Source: a virus (lineage: Duplodnaviria; Caudoviricetes). Taken from it: DNA of 25,644 nt. Shown here in pieces: positions 8,140 through 16,429 of this stretch. Positions within the stretch are counted from its first letter, which is position 1, and each line of letters opens with the position of its first letter. A program made the position numbers and the translations under genes. The DNA is taken from positions 1 through 25,644 of IMG/VR virus record IMGVR_UViG_3300037047_000281; one strand, written 5' to 3'. Below the pieces are notes generated by a model. That model did not search any database. It had not been told where the DNA came from and saw nothing but the letters and a program-made list of their open reading frames with translations.

Positions 8140-8170
8140 CCGTCATTGCGAGCGTAGCGCGGCAATCCAT
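8140..8170 (+). repeat. CGTC-tagged REP-like palindromic repeat, copy 2 (intergenic)
   Basis: CCGTCATTGCGAGCGTAGCGCGGCAATCCAT; 30/31 identical to copy 1. Confidence 0.85.
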
Positions 8171-8198
8171 ATCCCTTGATTTTTAACCTGGAATAACC

Positions 8199-8840
8199 AT
8201 GACACAACAAACCACCCCCCCCAGCTACAGCCGCAGCACCACGCCCGGCTACTGGCTGGACGCCAATGGCAACCTGGTGCCCGAGGCCAAGGTCAAGCAG
8301 ATCGACCAGGTGCGCAACCAGATGGTGTACGACCTGTGTCGCATGGCCGAGACCGAGAGCGCGGCGCTGCGCGCCTTCAAGCTGGCCGCCATGACCGAAG
8401 TCGCCGCCTTTGTCGCCATGAGCCTGGACCAGTACGGCGTGCGCACCGGCGGCGAAAAAGGCAACGTCACGCTGATCAGCTACGACGGCGTGTACAAGCT
8501 GGTGCGCCAGATGCAGGACAAGATCGTGTTTGGCGAGCAGCTCATGGCCGCCAAGGCGCTGATCGACGAATGCGTGCACATTTGGGCGCAGGGCGCCAAT
8601 GACAACATCAAGGCCCTGGTCAACCACGCTTTCCAGACCGACAAGGAAGGCAAGATCAACACCGGCCGCGTCTTGAGCCTGCGCCGCCTGGACATCCAGG
8701 ACGCCAAGTGGCAGGCCGCCATGCAGGCGATCGCCGACAGCATGCAGACTGCCAGTACCAAGCCCTACATCCGGTTCTACAAGCGCTCTGATGCCACGGG
8801 TGAGTACTTGCCGATCAATCTTGACGTGGCGGCGATATGA
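8199..8840 (+). CDS. DUF3164 family phage protein
   Basis: PGYWLDANGNLVPE...GGEKGNVTLISYDG...AKALIDEC...AFQTDKEGKIN...KPYIRFYKR. Confidence 0.85.
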   Translation: MTQQTTPPSYSRSTTPGYWLDANGNLVPEAKVKQIDQVRNQMVYDLCRMAETESAALRAFKLAAMTEVAAFVAMSLDQYGVRTGGEKGNVTLISYDGVYKLVRQMQDKIVFGEQLMAAKALIDECVHIWAQGANDNIKALVNHAFQTDKEGKINTGRVLSLRRLDIQDAKWQAAMQAIADSMQTASTKPYIRFYKRSDATGEYLPINLDVAAI

Positions 8841-9076
8841 CCAGCACGGCCCAAATCAACTTGGCCAACCTGCACGAGTCCGTAGGATTCAAAAAGGCCG
8901 TCCCGCCTGAGCCAAAAATTTACGCGATGTCCGCAATTGCTGTTACTTCGTTTTTGCGCGGCGAACTGACCCTGCACAGAGTCAACCTGCGCTGCCGCAC
9001 CCACAAATTCAAAGTTCGGATGGAAACCGTCTGTGACTCCCACAGTTTTCAGTACACGAATCGGGGCGACAAATGA
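8837..9076 (+). CDS. hypothetical protein
   Basis: ATGA overlaps at both ends; lower GC than neighbours. Confidence 0.5.
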   Translation: MTSTAQINLANLHESVGFKKAVPPEPKIYAMSAIAVTSFLRGELTLHRVNLRCRTHKFKVRMETVCDSHSFQYTNRGDK

Positions 9077-9594
9077 GCACGCAAGTCCAAACCACCAACA
9101 TCACGGTCAAGTCAGTGTGTGGCACCTACCAGACCAACACCGTGCAGGGCATGCGTGCCAGCTGCACCACGGGTGACAGGCAAGCGGCCCAGCGCCTGGG
9201 CGAGAAGTTATACGGTGCGTCACTGGTCACCGTATCGCAGGTGCCGGTTCGGGGCGACCACACCTGCACGCACTGGAAGTTGTACGCCGAGCCGGTGCAT
9301 GCCTGGGCCTGGCAGTCCGGCCTGATCGAGTTCGGCCGCGAGGTGCCCGAAGGTGCGATTGGGTTCGCCGCCGGTATGGACGTGCCACTGCGCCAACTTG
9401 TGGACGTGTTGGCGCGGCATGGCCAGGGCAAGAGCGAAGGCAAGCTGCTGGTGCCTGGCGTGCCGGAGGCCGAGACCGGAAAAGCCCAGGTTGATGCGTT
9501 GGTCGCATGGGTAGATTGGTGCGCCAAGGGGAATGGCAAGAAAGAATCGGCTGGCGTGGTTTTCACAAATCGCGTTGAAGGCGGAACGTCATGA
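9073..9594 (+). CDS. hypothetical phage protein
   Basis: C-terminal AWAWQSGLIEFGREVPEGAI...LLVPGVPEA motif of a kind seen in Mu-like early regions; coupled overlaps. Confidence 0.7.
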   Translation: MSTQVQTTNITVKSVCGTYQTNTVQGMRASCTTGDRQAAQRLGEKLYGASLVTVSQVPVRGDHTCTHWKLYAEPVHAWAWQSGLIEFGREVPEGAIGFAAGMDVPLRQLVDVLARHGQGKSEGKLLVPGVPEAETGKAQVDALVAWVDWCAKGNGKKESAGVVFTNRVEGGTS

Positions 9595-9995
9595 TCCCGA
9601 CCACCCAAACAGCCCTTCACGACCCGGACAACGGCGTGATCGGCAACTGCCTGTCTGCCGTGCTGGCATCCCTGCTGCACCTGCCGATCGAGTTGGTGCC
9701 GCTGTTCGCCAACAATGAGACTTGGGCTAAAGACCTCAACGTCTGGTTGCGCCCCTACGGCTTGGCCTATATCCAGTTCAACCCGGAATTTAAGCAGTCC
9801 TTGGCTGACTACGGAATCCAGGGGCTTCATCACGAGGTCGCCGGCCCGAGTCCTCGATTTGCGGATGTCCTGCATGCCTGTGTCGGGCTGGACTGCGAGA
9901 TGGCCTTTGACCCACACCCGAGTCGTGACGGCCTGCTTGCTCTAGAGACCTATGGCGTCTTTGTTGCGCTTGAGCCATGGAGGATGCTGGCATGA
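9591..9995 (+). CDS. hypothetical phage protein, possible Cys-His peptidase-like fold
   Basis: GNCLSAVLASLL...HACVG...DPHP. Confidence 0.7.
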   Translation: MIPTTQTALHDPDNGVIGNCLSAVLASLLHLPIELVPLFANNETWAKDLNVWLRPYGLAYIQFNPEFKQSLADYGIQGLHHEVAGPSPRFADVLHACVGLDCEMAFDPHPSRDGLLALETYGVFVALEPWRMLA

Positions 9996-10438
9996 GCCCA
10001 ACACAACACCCATCAAATAACCGTGCGCATGAAGGGCAAAAGCTCATGATGACCGATCAGCAAAAACTCGACCTGGCCTCCAAAGCAGTGACCTGGCTGC
10101 TCCGTCGCATCAAGGAAGACCCGAGGCTGGCTTACCTGATAGGCCCCGGCTCGGAGTCCTTTGACCGGCTCATAGCCGCCAGCGATGCTATTGCTGGCGA
10201 AGAGCCGTATCCGTATTGCGAAACATATCTATCCACCGTGCCGCAACCAGTGCCGCCCATAGGGCAGTTGGGCGCCATCATTCATCCGGAGCATCTGGAG
10301 CGCATCCGGGTGTACGACGACGAGGTCCACGACACGGACGACCAGGACGATCTGAACATGCTGGTCAATCACTTCGTTGGGCGTGGCCTGGATGTGGCCG
10401 AAGCCGAACGCGACACCCAAACCGAAAGTTTGTTCTGA
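9992..10438 (+). CDS. hypothetical acidic protein
   Basis: GGAGG upstream and ATGA overlap at 9992; stop overlaps the gemA start. Confidence 0.65.
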   Translation: MSPTQHPSNNRAHEGQKLMMTDQQKLDLASKAVTWLLRRIKEDPRLAYLIGPGSESFDRLIAASDAIAGEEPYPYCETYLSTVPQPVPPIGQLGAIIHPEHLERIRVYDDEVHDTDDQDDLNMLVNHFVGRGLDVAEAERDTQTESLF

Positions 10439-10890
10439 TGACCACCGCCCCGCGTCAATCTCATCTGGCCGCGATCCACTGCGCGCAAAAGGCGCTGGGC
10501 CTGAGCGCTGAGGACGCCAGCGCGCTCAAGCTGGCAGTCACCGGCCAGGCCAGCAGTGCCACCATGAGCGCGGCGCAGCGCGCCAAGTACCTGGCGCACC
10601 TGAGCGGCCTGCAGGAGCGCGCCGGGCTGATTGCGCCGCGCCCGGCCAAACGCCCCTATGTGCAGCGCAGCGCCCAGGACGACCAGGACGAACGCTGGGG
10701 CAAGGCGCGCGCCCTGTGGCACGCCCTGGCTGTTGAGGGCGTGGTGCACACCGACACCGACGCCGCGCTGCAGGCCTACATCAAGCGCCAGACCAAGTTG
10801 GAACACTGGCGCTTTTTGAACACCTACCAGGTCAACGGCGTGATCGAGGCGCTGAAGCAGTGGTGCCAGCGCAATGGCATGAACGTTTAG
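10438..10890 (+). CDS. gemA: regulatory protein GemA (Mu gp16 family)
   Basis: LAAIHCAQKALGL...KARALWHAL...ALQAYIKRQT...VIEALKQW; position before mor. Confidence 0.88.
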   Translation: MTTAPRQSHLAAIHCAQKALGLSAEDASALKLAVTGQASSATMSAAQRAKYLAHLSGLQERAGLIAPRPAKRPYVQRSAQDDQDERWGKARALWHALAVEGVVHTDTDAALQAYIKRQTKLEHWRFLNTYQVNGVIEALKQWCQRNGMNV

Positions 10891-10902
10891 GAGGGCGACG
10901 CT

Positions 10903-11283
10903 ATGGCCTTGAATGACCCCAATGATGGCCGCATGGCCGAACGCCGCCACGAGCTGTATGCCGACCTGATGGCGTTGGTGCAGCGCCAGCTGGGCGAGTA
11001 TGGTGTGGGCGGCAACGAGGCGGCGTTGATTGCCAGTGACCTGGCTGACCGCCTGGCCGACCACTGGGGCGGGCAAAACATCACCTTCCCCAAGGAATAC
11101 CGGCGCAAGCTGTCGCGCCTGGAGGCCGAGATTTACCAGGCGCACCACGGGCACAATCTGGCCGCGTTGGCGCAGCGTTACGATATCAGTGAGCGCGGCC
11201 TGCGCAAGATGATTGACCGTGTGACCAAGCGCATCCGCGCGGGCAACCAGGGCGGCTTGTTTGATCCGCCCAGTGCGGCCTGA
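10903..11283 (+). CDS. mor: Mor/C family transcription activator
   Basis: HWGGQNITFPK...IYQAHHGHNLAALAQRYDISERGLRKMI; AGGAGG upstream. Confidence 0.92.
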   Translation: MALNDPNDGRMAERRHELYADLMALVQRQLGEYGVGGNEAALIASDLADRLADHWGGQNITFPKEYRRKLSRLEAEIYQAHHGHNLAALAQRYDISERGLRKMIDRVTKRIRAGNQGGLFDPPSAA

Positions 11284-11319
11284 TTTGTTTTAACTTGGCA
11301 GCCCCCGGCGTTTATCCGG

Positions 11320-11376
11320 TGCAAGTTCTGCCCTCGTTCCAATTACGCCGCCCCCGCCACCGCAGATCATTGCGGC
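11320..11376 (+). promoter_or_regulatory. putative Mor/C-dependent late promoter, probably giving a leaderless mRNA
   Basis: Short intergenic gap with an AT-containing box (GTTCCAATTAC), a GC-rich spacer and a -10-like GATCATT 5 nt before ATG 11377; no Shine-Dalgarno. Confidence 0.4.
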
Positions 11377-12525
11377 ATGGCACTCAAAACCCCCATCACA
11401 CTGGCATCAGTAGCCGCAGCCGTTGCGGTTGCAGCCTGCACCTACACGCTGGCTGGCGCCACCGAGCTTGACGGTGGCCTGGTGCTGCTGCAGCTCACCC
11501 CGGCGGGTGAGTTTTTGCCCAGTGACGGCCGGGTGCTTGACTCCCCCGCATGGCGCATTGATGCAGCCAGCGCCCAGGCGGTGATTGCCCGTTTCCGCGC
11601 GCTCATCCAGCCCCCGGTGATCGACTACGAGCACCAGACCCTCAACAAGGAAAAGAACGGCCAGCCCGCCCCGGCCGCTGGCTGGATGCGCGACTTGCGC
11701 TGGATCGACGGCAAGGGCCTGTACGCCGTGACCGAGCTCACAGCGCGTGCCAAGGGCTTTATTGATGCCAAAGAGTACCTGTACATCAGCCCGGTGTTTG
11801 AGTACGCCAAAGACACCGGTACCGTGTTGGCCATTCACATGGCTGCACTGACCAACACGCCTGCCTTGCACGGCATGGACCCGCTCACCCTGCGCGCCGC
11901 TGCAACGGCCGCTTTTTTGATCCCCACCACCCACCAGGAGCCCAACTTGAATCCTTTGCTTAAAGCTTTGCTGGCCGCCCTCGGCCTGCCAGACACCACG
12001 ACCGAAACCGCCGCCTGCGCTGCTCTCACTGCAGTCGGCTCTATTCCCGCGCTGCAAGCGCAGGCCACGGCCGCCCGCCAGGCGCTGGCTTTGCCGGCCG
12101 ACGCCACTGGTGAGGCGGTCATGGCCGCTTGCACCAGTTTGCGCACCGCTGCTGCGCCAGACCCGGCCAAGTTTGTGCCCATCAACGTGGTTGACGAGCT
12201 GCGCGCCAGCCTGGCCGTGTTGTCGTCGCGCCAGGTGCAGGGTGAGATTGATGCCGCTGTGGGCAGTGCCCTGGCAGATGGCCGCTTGTTGCCCGCGCAA
12301 GAGGTGTGGGCGCGCGACCTGGGCAAAACCAACATGGCCGCGCTGACGGCCTACCTGGCCACCGCACAACCCATTGCCGCGCTGGCCGGTACCCAGACCA
12401 ATGGACTGCCGCCGGCACGCACCGGCACGGCCGCTGCTGGCCAGCTCACACCAGAGCAGTTGGCCGTGTGTTCGGCCATGGGCCTGACTGCCGAGCAGTT
12501 TGCCAGCGCGCAGGCTGCTGCCTGA
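11377..12525 (+). CDS. Mu-like prohead protease I (with nested scaffold Z)
   Basis: VIDYEHQT, PAPAAGW, EYLYISPVF and AALTNTPAL motifs; C-terminal LTPEQLAVCSAMGLTAEQF. Confidence 0.93.
   Translation: MALKTPITLASVAAAVAVAACTYTLAGATELDGGLVLLQLTPAGEFLPSDGRVLDSPAWRIDAASAQAVIARFRALIQPPVIDYEHQTLNKEKNGQPAPAAGWMRDLRWIDGKGLYAVTELTARAKGFIDAKEYLYISPVFEYAKDTGTVLAIHMAALTNTPALHGMDPLTLRAAATAAFLIPTTHQEPNLNPLLKALLAALGLPDTTTETAACAALTAVGSIPALQAQATAARQALALPADATGEAVMAACTSLRTAAAPDPAKFVPINVVDELRASLAVLSSRQVQGEIDAAVGSALADGRLLPAQEVWARDLGKTNMAALTAYLATAQPIAALAGTQTNGLPPARTGTAAAGQLTPEQLAVCSAMGLTAEQFASAQAAA
11947..12525 (+). CDS. nested in-frame scaffolding protein (Mu gpZ-like)
   Basis: CAGGAG (11935-11940) 6 nt before an in-frame TTG at 11947 (LNPLLKALLAALGL). 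Confidence 0.6.
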   Translation: MNPLLKALLAALGLPDTTTETAACAALTAVGSIPALQAQATAARQALALPADATGEAVMAACTSLRTAAAPDPAKFVPINVVDELRASLAVLSSRQVQGEIDAAVGSALADGRLLPAQEVWARDLGKTNMAALTAYLATAQPIAALAGTQTNGLPPARTGTAAAGQLTPEQLAVCSAMGLTAEQFASAQAAA

Positions 12526-12557
12526 CCCAACCCCAACCCACTTTACGGAGCACTCAC

Positions 12558-12968
12558 ATGACAGCACTTACCCAAGACCGCAACACCTTGCGCCGCGACG
12601 GCCAACAGCTGGAGCCACCGGTGGCGGGCGCCACAAAGATTTACGCCGGCAGCATTGTGGCCATCAATGCCGCAGGCTACGCTGTGCCCGGTGCCACGGC
12701 CACCACGCTCAAGGCGGCTGGCGTTGCCGAGCACCGCGCCGACAACTCAGCCGGTGCTGCAGGTGACATCCGGGTGCGGCTGCGCAAAGGCACGCATGTG
12801 TTTGCCAACAGCGCTGCTGCCGATGCTATTGCGCTGACAGATATCGGTGCTGATTGCTACATCGTGGATGACCAGACCGTGGCCAAGACCAATGGCACCA
12901 ACACGCGCAGCGTGGCTGGCAAGGTGTTCGATGTGGACGCCAATGGCGTCTGGGTCAACTTCGCCTGA
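12558..12968 (+). CDS. capsid decoration/cement-like protein
   Basis: MTALTQDRNT...KIYAGSIV...DIGADCYIVDDQTV...GVWV; GGAG upstream; lies between protease and capsid genes. Confidence 0.8.
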   Translation: MTALTQDRNTLRRDGQQLEPPVAGATKIYAGSIVAINAAGYAVPGATATTLKAAGVAEHRADNSAGAAGDIRVRLRKGTHVFANSAAADAIALTDIGADCYIVDDQTVAKTNGTNTRSVAGKVFDVDANGVWVNFA

Positions 12969-13003
12969 CGCCCACCAACCCCTCAACTCAAAGGAGCCTT
13001 TCC

Positions 13004-13894
13004 GTGATCATCAATCAATCTAACCTGGCCATCCTCAACCAGGGTTTCAGCGCGGCGTTTAAGGCCGGGCTGACCAACGCCGCCCCCATGTGGAGCCAGT
13101 GCGCCTCTTTGGTGCCCAGCAACACGTCTGAGCAAAAGTATGGCTGGCTGGGCCGCATTACCAAGTTTCGCGAGTGGATCGGCGAACGCCAGCATCAGAA
13201 CCTGGTGGCGCATGACTACGCCATCAAGAACAAGACCTGGGAAGACACCATTGAGGTGTTGCGCGAAGAAATCGAAGACGATCAATTTGGCGTGTATTCC
13301 CCCGTGGCGCAGCAGATTGGCCAGGACGCGGCGCTGCACCCTGACGAGCTGGTGTTTGGCTTGCTCAAAGCGGGTTTCACCACACCCTGCTACGACGGGC
13401 AGTACTTCTTTGACACCGACCACCCGGTGGGTGCGCCTGGCAACCAGAGCAGTGTGAGCAATTTCCAGGGGGGCAGTGGCACCGCGTGGTTTTTGCTGGA
13501 CACCACCAAGGTGCTCAAGCCGGTGATCTACCAAAAGCGGCGCGAATACGCCATCACCGCCAAAACCAGCCTGACCGACGACAACGTGTTTTCCCAGAAC
13601 AAGTTTGTTTGGGGCGCCGATGGCCGGGGCAACGTGGGCTTTGGCCTGTGGCAAATGGCCTATGCCAGCAAAGAGACGCTGGATGCCACCGCCTTTGCTG
13701 CTGCCCGTGCTGCACACCAAAGCATTGTGGGCGACAACGGCAAGCCGCTGGTGATTCGCAGTGCCGAGCTGTGGGTACCGCCCAGCCTGGAAAAGGCGGC
13801 GCTTGAAGTCATCCAGGCAGATCGCCTGGCCAACGGTGCCACCAACGTGATGCGTGGCACGTCGAAAGTTGTGGTCTGCCCCTGGCTGATCTGA
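13004..13894 (+). CDS. Mu-like major head subunit gpT
   Basis: YGWLG...REWIGER, IEDDQFGVY, CYDGQYFFDTDHPV, GFGLWQMAY; AAGGAG before GTG. Confidence 0.95.
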   Translation: MIINQSNLAILNQGFSAAFKAGLTNAAPMWSQCASLVPSNTSEQKYGWLGRITKFREWIGERQHQNLVAHDYAIKNKTWEDTIEVLREEIEDDQFGVYSPVAQQIGQDAALHPDELVFGLLKAGFTTPCYDGQYFFDTDHPVGAPGNQSSVSNFQGGSGTAWFLLDTTKVLKPVIYQKRREYAITAKTSLTDDNVFSQNKFVWGADGRGNVGFGLWQMAYASKETLDATAFAAARAAHQSIVGDNGKPLVIRSAELWVPPSLEKAALEVIQADRLANGATNVMRGTSKVVVCPWLI

Positions 13895-13926
13895 CAGCTA
13901 CCCCCTCAATTTTTTAATCAGGAGCA

Positions 13927-14193
13927 ATGTTCATGGCAACAGCTTTCAAAAAGGCAACCCCGGCACCCGCACTCGCGACAGCGAAGGCAGCGGCCAAGCC
14001 CAGCGGCGACAAGCCGCAAGGCCTCAAGGTGGTGCCCAAGCGCGCCGGCTTTCGCCGCGCCGGGTACGCATTCCCCGACGGTGAGACGGTGCTTGCGCTG
14101 GCCGACATCACCGAAGAGCAGTACAACCTGCTCGTTACCGAGCCCATGTTGGTCACCTTTTTGGTGGATCTGCCTGGCGCGGCCACGGCCTAA
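13927..14193 (+). CDS. HI1506-related (Mu gp35-like) protein
   Basis: GFRRAGYAF...ITEEQYNLLVTEPMLV; CAGGAG upstream. Confidence 0.8.
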   Translation: MFMATAFKKATPAPALATAKAAAKPSGDKPQGLKVVPKRAGFRRAGYAFPDGETVLALADITEEQYNLLVTEPMLVTFLVDLPGAATA

Positions 14194-14208
14194 CAGCGCG
14201 CCCCAAGC

Positions 14209-14748
14209 ATGGCCTACATCACCCCCGCAGAGCTGGCCGAGCGCCCTGGCGCCCGGGAGCTCGCGCAGCTTGCCAGCGCAGAGCATCAGGTGGTGAGTGA
14301 CTACGCCTTGATGGACGCCACCTTGCGTGGCACCAGCCGCGCCGCCTGGACGCTTGAGCAGACCACGGCGGCCGATGCGGCTTTGGCGCGCATCAATGAC
14401 GCGGTGGCCGAGGCGGGCGGTGTGATTGATGGCTACCTGGTGCAGCGTGGCTACGCGCTACCACTGGACCTGCCAGCCACCAGCACGGGCAAGAGTGTGC
14501 TGGCTGCTTGGGCGCGGGCCATTACGCGCTATTTGCTCAACAAAAGCCGCATCACAGACGAGACCAAAGACCCGGTGGCCCGTGACTACCGTGACGCACT
14601 CAAGATGCTGGGCCTGTTGGCCATGGGCAAATACAGCTTGGGCGCGGGCGACCCGGCCAGCAGCAGCACGGCCAGCAGCAACACCGACGTGCGCTTTACC
14701 GGCGCAGCCACGGTGTTTGGGCGCGACCAGATGAGCAGCTTTCGCTGA
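14209..14748 (+). CDS. Mu gp36-like head-tail adaptor (DUF1320)
   Basis: MAYIT...IDGYL..RGYALPL...ITRYLL...RDYRDALKML. Confidence 0.88.
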   Translation: MAYITPAELAERPGARELAQLASAEHQVVSDYALMDATLRGTSRAAWTLEQTTAADAALARINDAVAEAGGVIDGYLVQRGYALPLDLPATSTGKSVLAAWARAITRYLLNKSRITDETKDPVARDYRDALKMLGLLAMGKYSLGAGDPASSSTASSNTDVRFTGAATVFGRDQMSSFR

Positions 14749-14759
14749 TTGGGAGCCAG

Positions 14760-15179
14760 ATGGACATCGCACTCTTTGTGGCGCGTTTGCAAGCCGAGGT
14801 CACCGGGCTCAGGGAGATTGAGGCGGCTGCCGGGCTTGACGCCGCCATGCGCGCCAACCTGGTGGCCCCGGCCGCTTATGTGATCCCCTTGGGTGAGCTG
14901 GTTGAGCAAATGCCTTTTGTCAGCACCACGGAACACCTGGAGTCGCGTGTGTTTGGTGTCATTTTTGTGGTGGAAACACTGGCCACCACGGGCGCACCGG
15001 CTGTGCTGGATTTGAGTGTGGTGCGCAACCAGGTGAAAACCGCGCTGATTGGCTGGGTGCCGGATGAAGCGACTGGCGAGCCGGTCATTTTTTTGGGTGG
15101 CAAGCTGGTGCAGTTTGAAGGCGACGGCTGCATGTGGTGGTCTGACGAATACCAATTTAAAAGCTATTGGAGAAAATGA
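14760..15179 (+). CDS. Mu gp37-like tail terminator
   Basis: PAAYVIPLGE...VKTALIGWVPD...WWSDEY; position after the adaptor. Confidence 0.75.
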   Translation: MDIALFVARLQAEVTGLREIEAAAGLDAAMRANLVAPAAYVIPLGELVEQMPFVSTTEHLESRVFGVIFVVETLATTGAPAVLDLSVVRNQVKTALIGWVPDEATGEPVIFLGGKLVQFEGDGCMWWSDEYQFKSYWRK

Positions 15180-15180
15180 A

Positions 15181-15381
15181 ATGGCACGTGTAACTAAAAA
15201 AAATACTGACGGCGCACAAGCCTCCAGCGTGACGGCTGTGGTGGACACGGCGCCCGCTGTGCAACCCAACACCCCAGTTGCCGTTGATGTACCCACCCCG
15301 GAAAACACCCCTGTGCCCGGCGGCGGCAGCTGGCGTTGGAGCGACACCGCCCCGCACTGGCTGCCCAACACGCCAGACTAG
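15181..15381 (+). CDS. small hypothetical protein before the tail tube gene
   Basis: GGAG upstream; PGGGSWRW motif. Confidence 0.6.
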   Translation: MARVTKKNTDGAQASSVTAVVDTAPAVQPNTPVAVDVPTPENTPVPGGGSWRWSDTAPHWLPNTPD

Positions 15382-15441
15382 CCGTTGCAACCCGGTGACA
15401 CCGGCGCGTTGCGAACCACCGACCCACTTCAGGAATAAACC

Positions 15442-16407
15442 ATGGCCCGCTTCATCAAAAAAACAGTCATCCTCGTCAAGATCGAAACCACCAGCGGCAC
15501 CGACGCCGTGCCCACCGGTGCGGCCAACGCCATCCAGGCGATGGACTTGTCCATCACCCCGCTGGACGCCAGCAACATTGATACCGGCATCAACACCCCC
15601 TGGTTCGGCAACTCACCCAGCCTGGTGGGTACCGCCTCGGTCAAATGTTCTTTCTCGGTGCTGCTGGCGGGTGCCGGCACAGCGGCCACGGCCCCGGCCT
15701 GGAGTGCCCTGATGCTGGCCTGCGCCAGCGCCGAGACCACCGGCCTGCTGACACCCAACCGCGTGGAGTACTTGCCCGCCACCGATGCGCTCAAGACTGC
15801 GACCATTTACTGGTACGACGACGGCCTGCTGCACAAGCTGACCGGCTGCTTTGGCAACGTGAAGCTGTCGGCCAAGTCGGGCGGGGCTCCCAAGCTCACT
15901 TTTGACTTTACCGGCATCGACTCGGGCGTGAGCGCCGTGCCCAACGCCACCGCCACACTGACCGGCTGGAAAGTGCCGGTGGCCATCACCAAGGCCAATG
16001 TGACCGACATCCTGCTCGGCTGCACCTACGCCGCCGGCGCGCTGAGCGGCGGCGTCAGCTACAACAGCACCGGCCTCACGCTGGACTGGGGTAACGAGGT
16101 GGCCTTTGCGCCCATGCTGACCACCGAGCAGGTGGTGCTTGGCGACCGCAAGGTGACCGGCTCACTGAGCGTGGAGCTGAGCGCCGCGCAAGAGGTGACG
16201 CAGATGGCCGCTGTCAAGGCCAACACGCTGCAGGGCGTGGGTTTTGTGATTGGTACCGTCACCGGCAACAAGATCATGCTGCACATGCCCAGCGTGCAAC
16301 TGATCAACCCGAAAAAAGAAGATTTCAACGGCATGCGCCTGATCGGCTTTGATTTGCGCGCGCTGCCGGTGGCCGGCAATGATGAAGTTCGCATTGTGTC
16401 CCTGTAA
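15442..16407 (+). CDS. major tail tube protein (non-contractile tail)
   Basis: KKTVILVKIETTSGTDAVPTGAANAI...GNDEVRI; 321 aa; no sheath gene nearby. Confidence 0.85.
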   Translation: MARFIKKTVILVKIETTSGTDAVPTGAANAIQAMDLSITPLDASNIDTGINTPWFGNSPSLVGTASVKCSFSVLLAGAGTAATAPAWSALMLACASAETTGLLTPNRVEYLPATDALKTATIYWYDDGLLHKLTGCFGNVKLSAKSGGAPKLTFDFTGIDSGVSAVPNATATLTGWKVPVAITKANVTDILLGCTYAAGALSGGVSYNSTGLTLDWGNEVAFAPMLTTEQVVLGDRKVTGSLSVELSAAQEVTQMAAVKANTLQGVGFVIGTVTGNKIMLHMPSVQLINPKKEDFNGMRLIGFDLRALPVAGNDEVRIVSL

Positions 16408-16429
16408 CCATTTTTTGAAAGCCGCCACC

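Noticed and set aside
7949-8170. 31-bp repeat pair as a mini CRISPR array
   Set aside because: Only two copies, the 160-bp intervening sequence is coding, and there are no cas genes; it matches a CGTC-type REP instead
5070-9066. GAATCGGGG before ATG at ~5070 and ~9058, and GGAATAACCATG at ~8190 and ~15433
   Set aside because: Short matches explained by ribosome-binding-site context or chance
11284-11376. Anti-CRISPR locus at the position used by D3112-like phages (just before the protease)
   Set aside because: The gap is only 93 bp, with no ORF or aca-like HTH gene
12526-13003. C/A-rich tracts (CCCAACCCC, CCCTCAAC) before several genes (also ~1840, ~5715, ~13900)
   Set aside because: Most likely unstructured translation-initiation leaders, not a specific operator array
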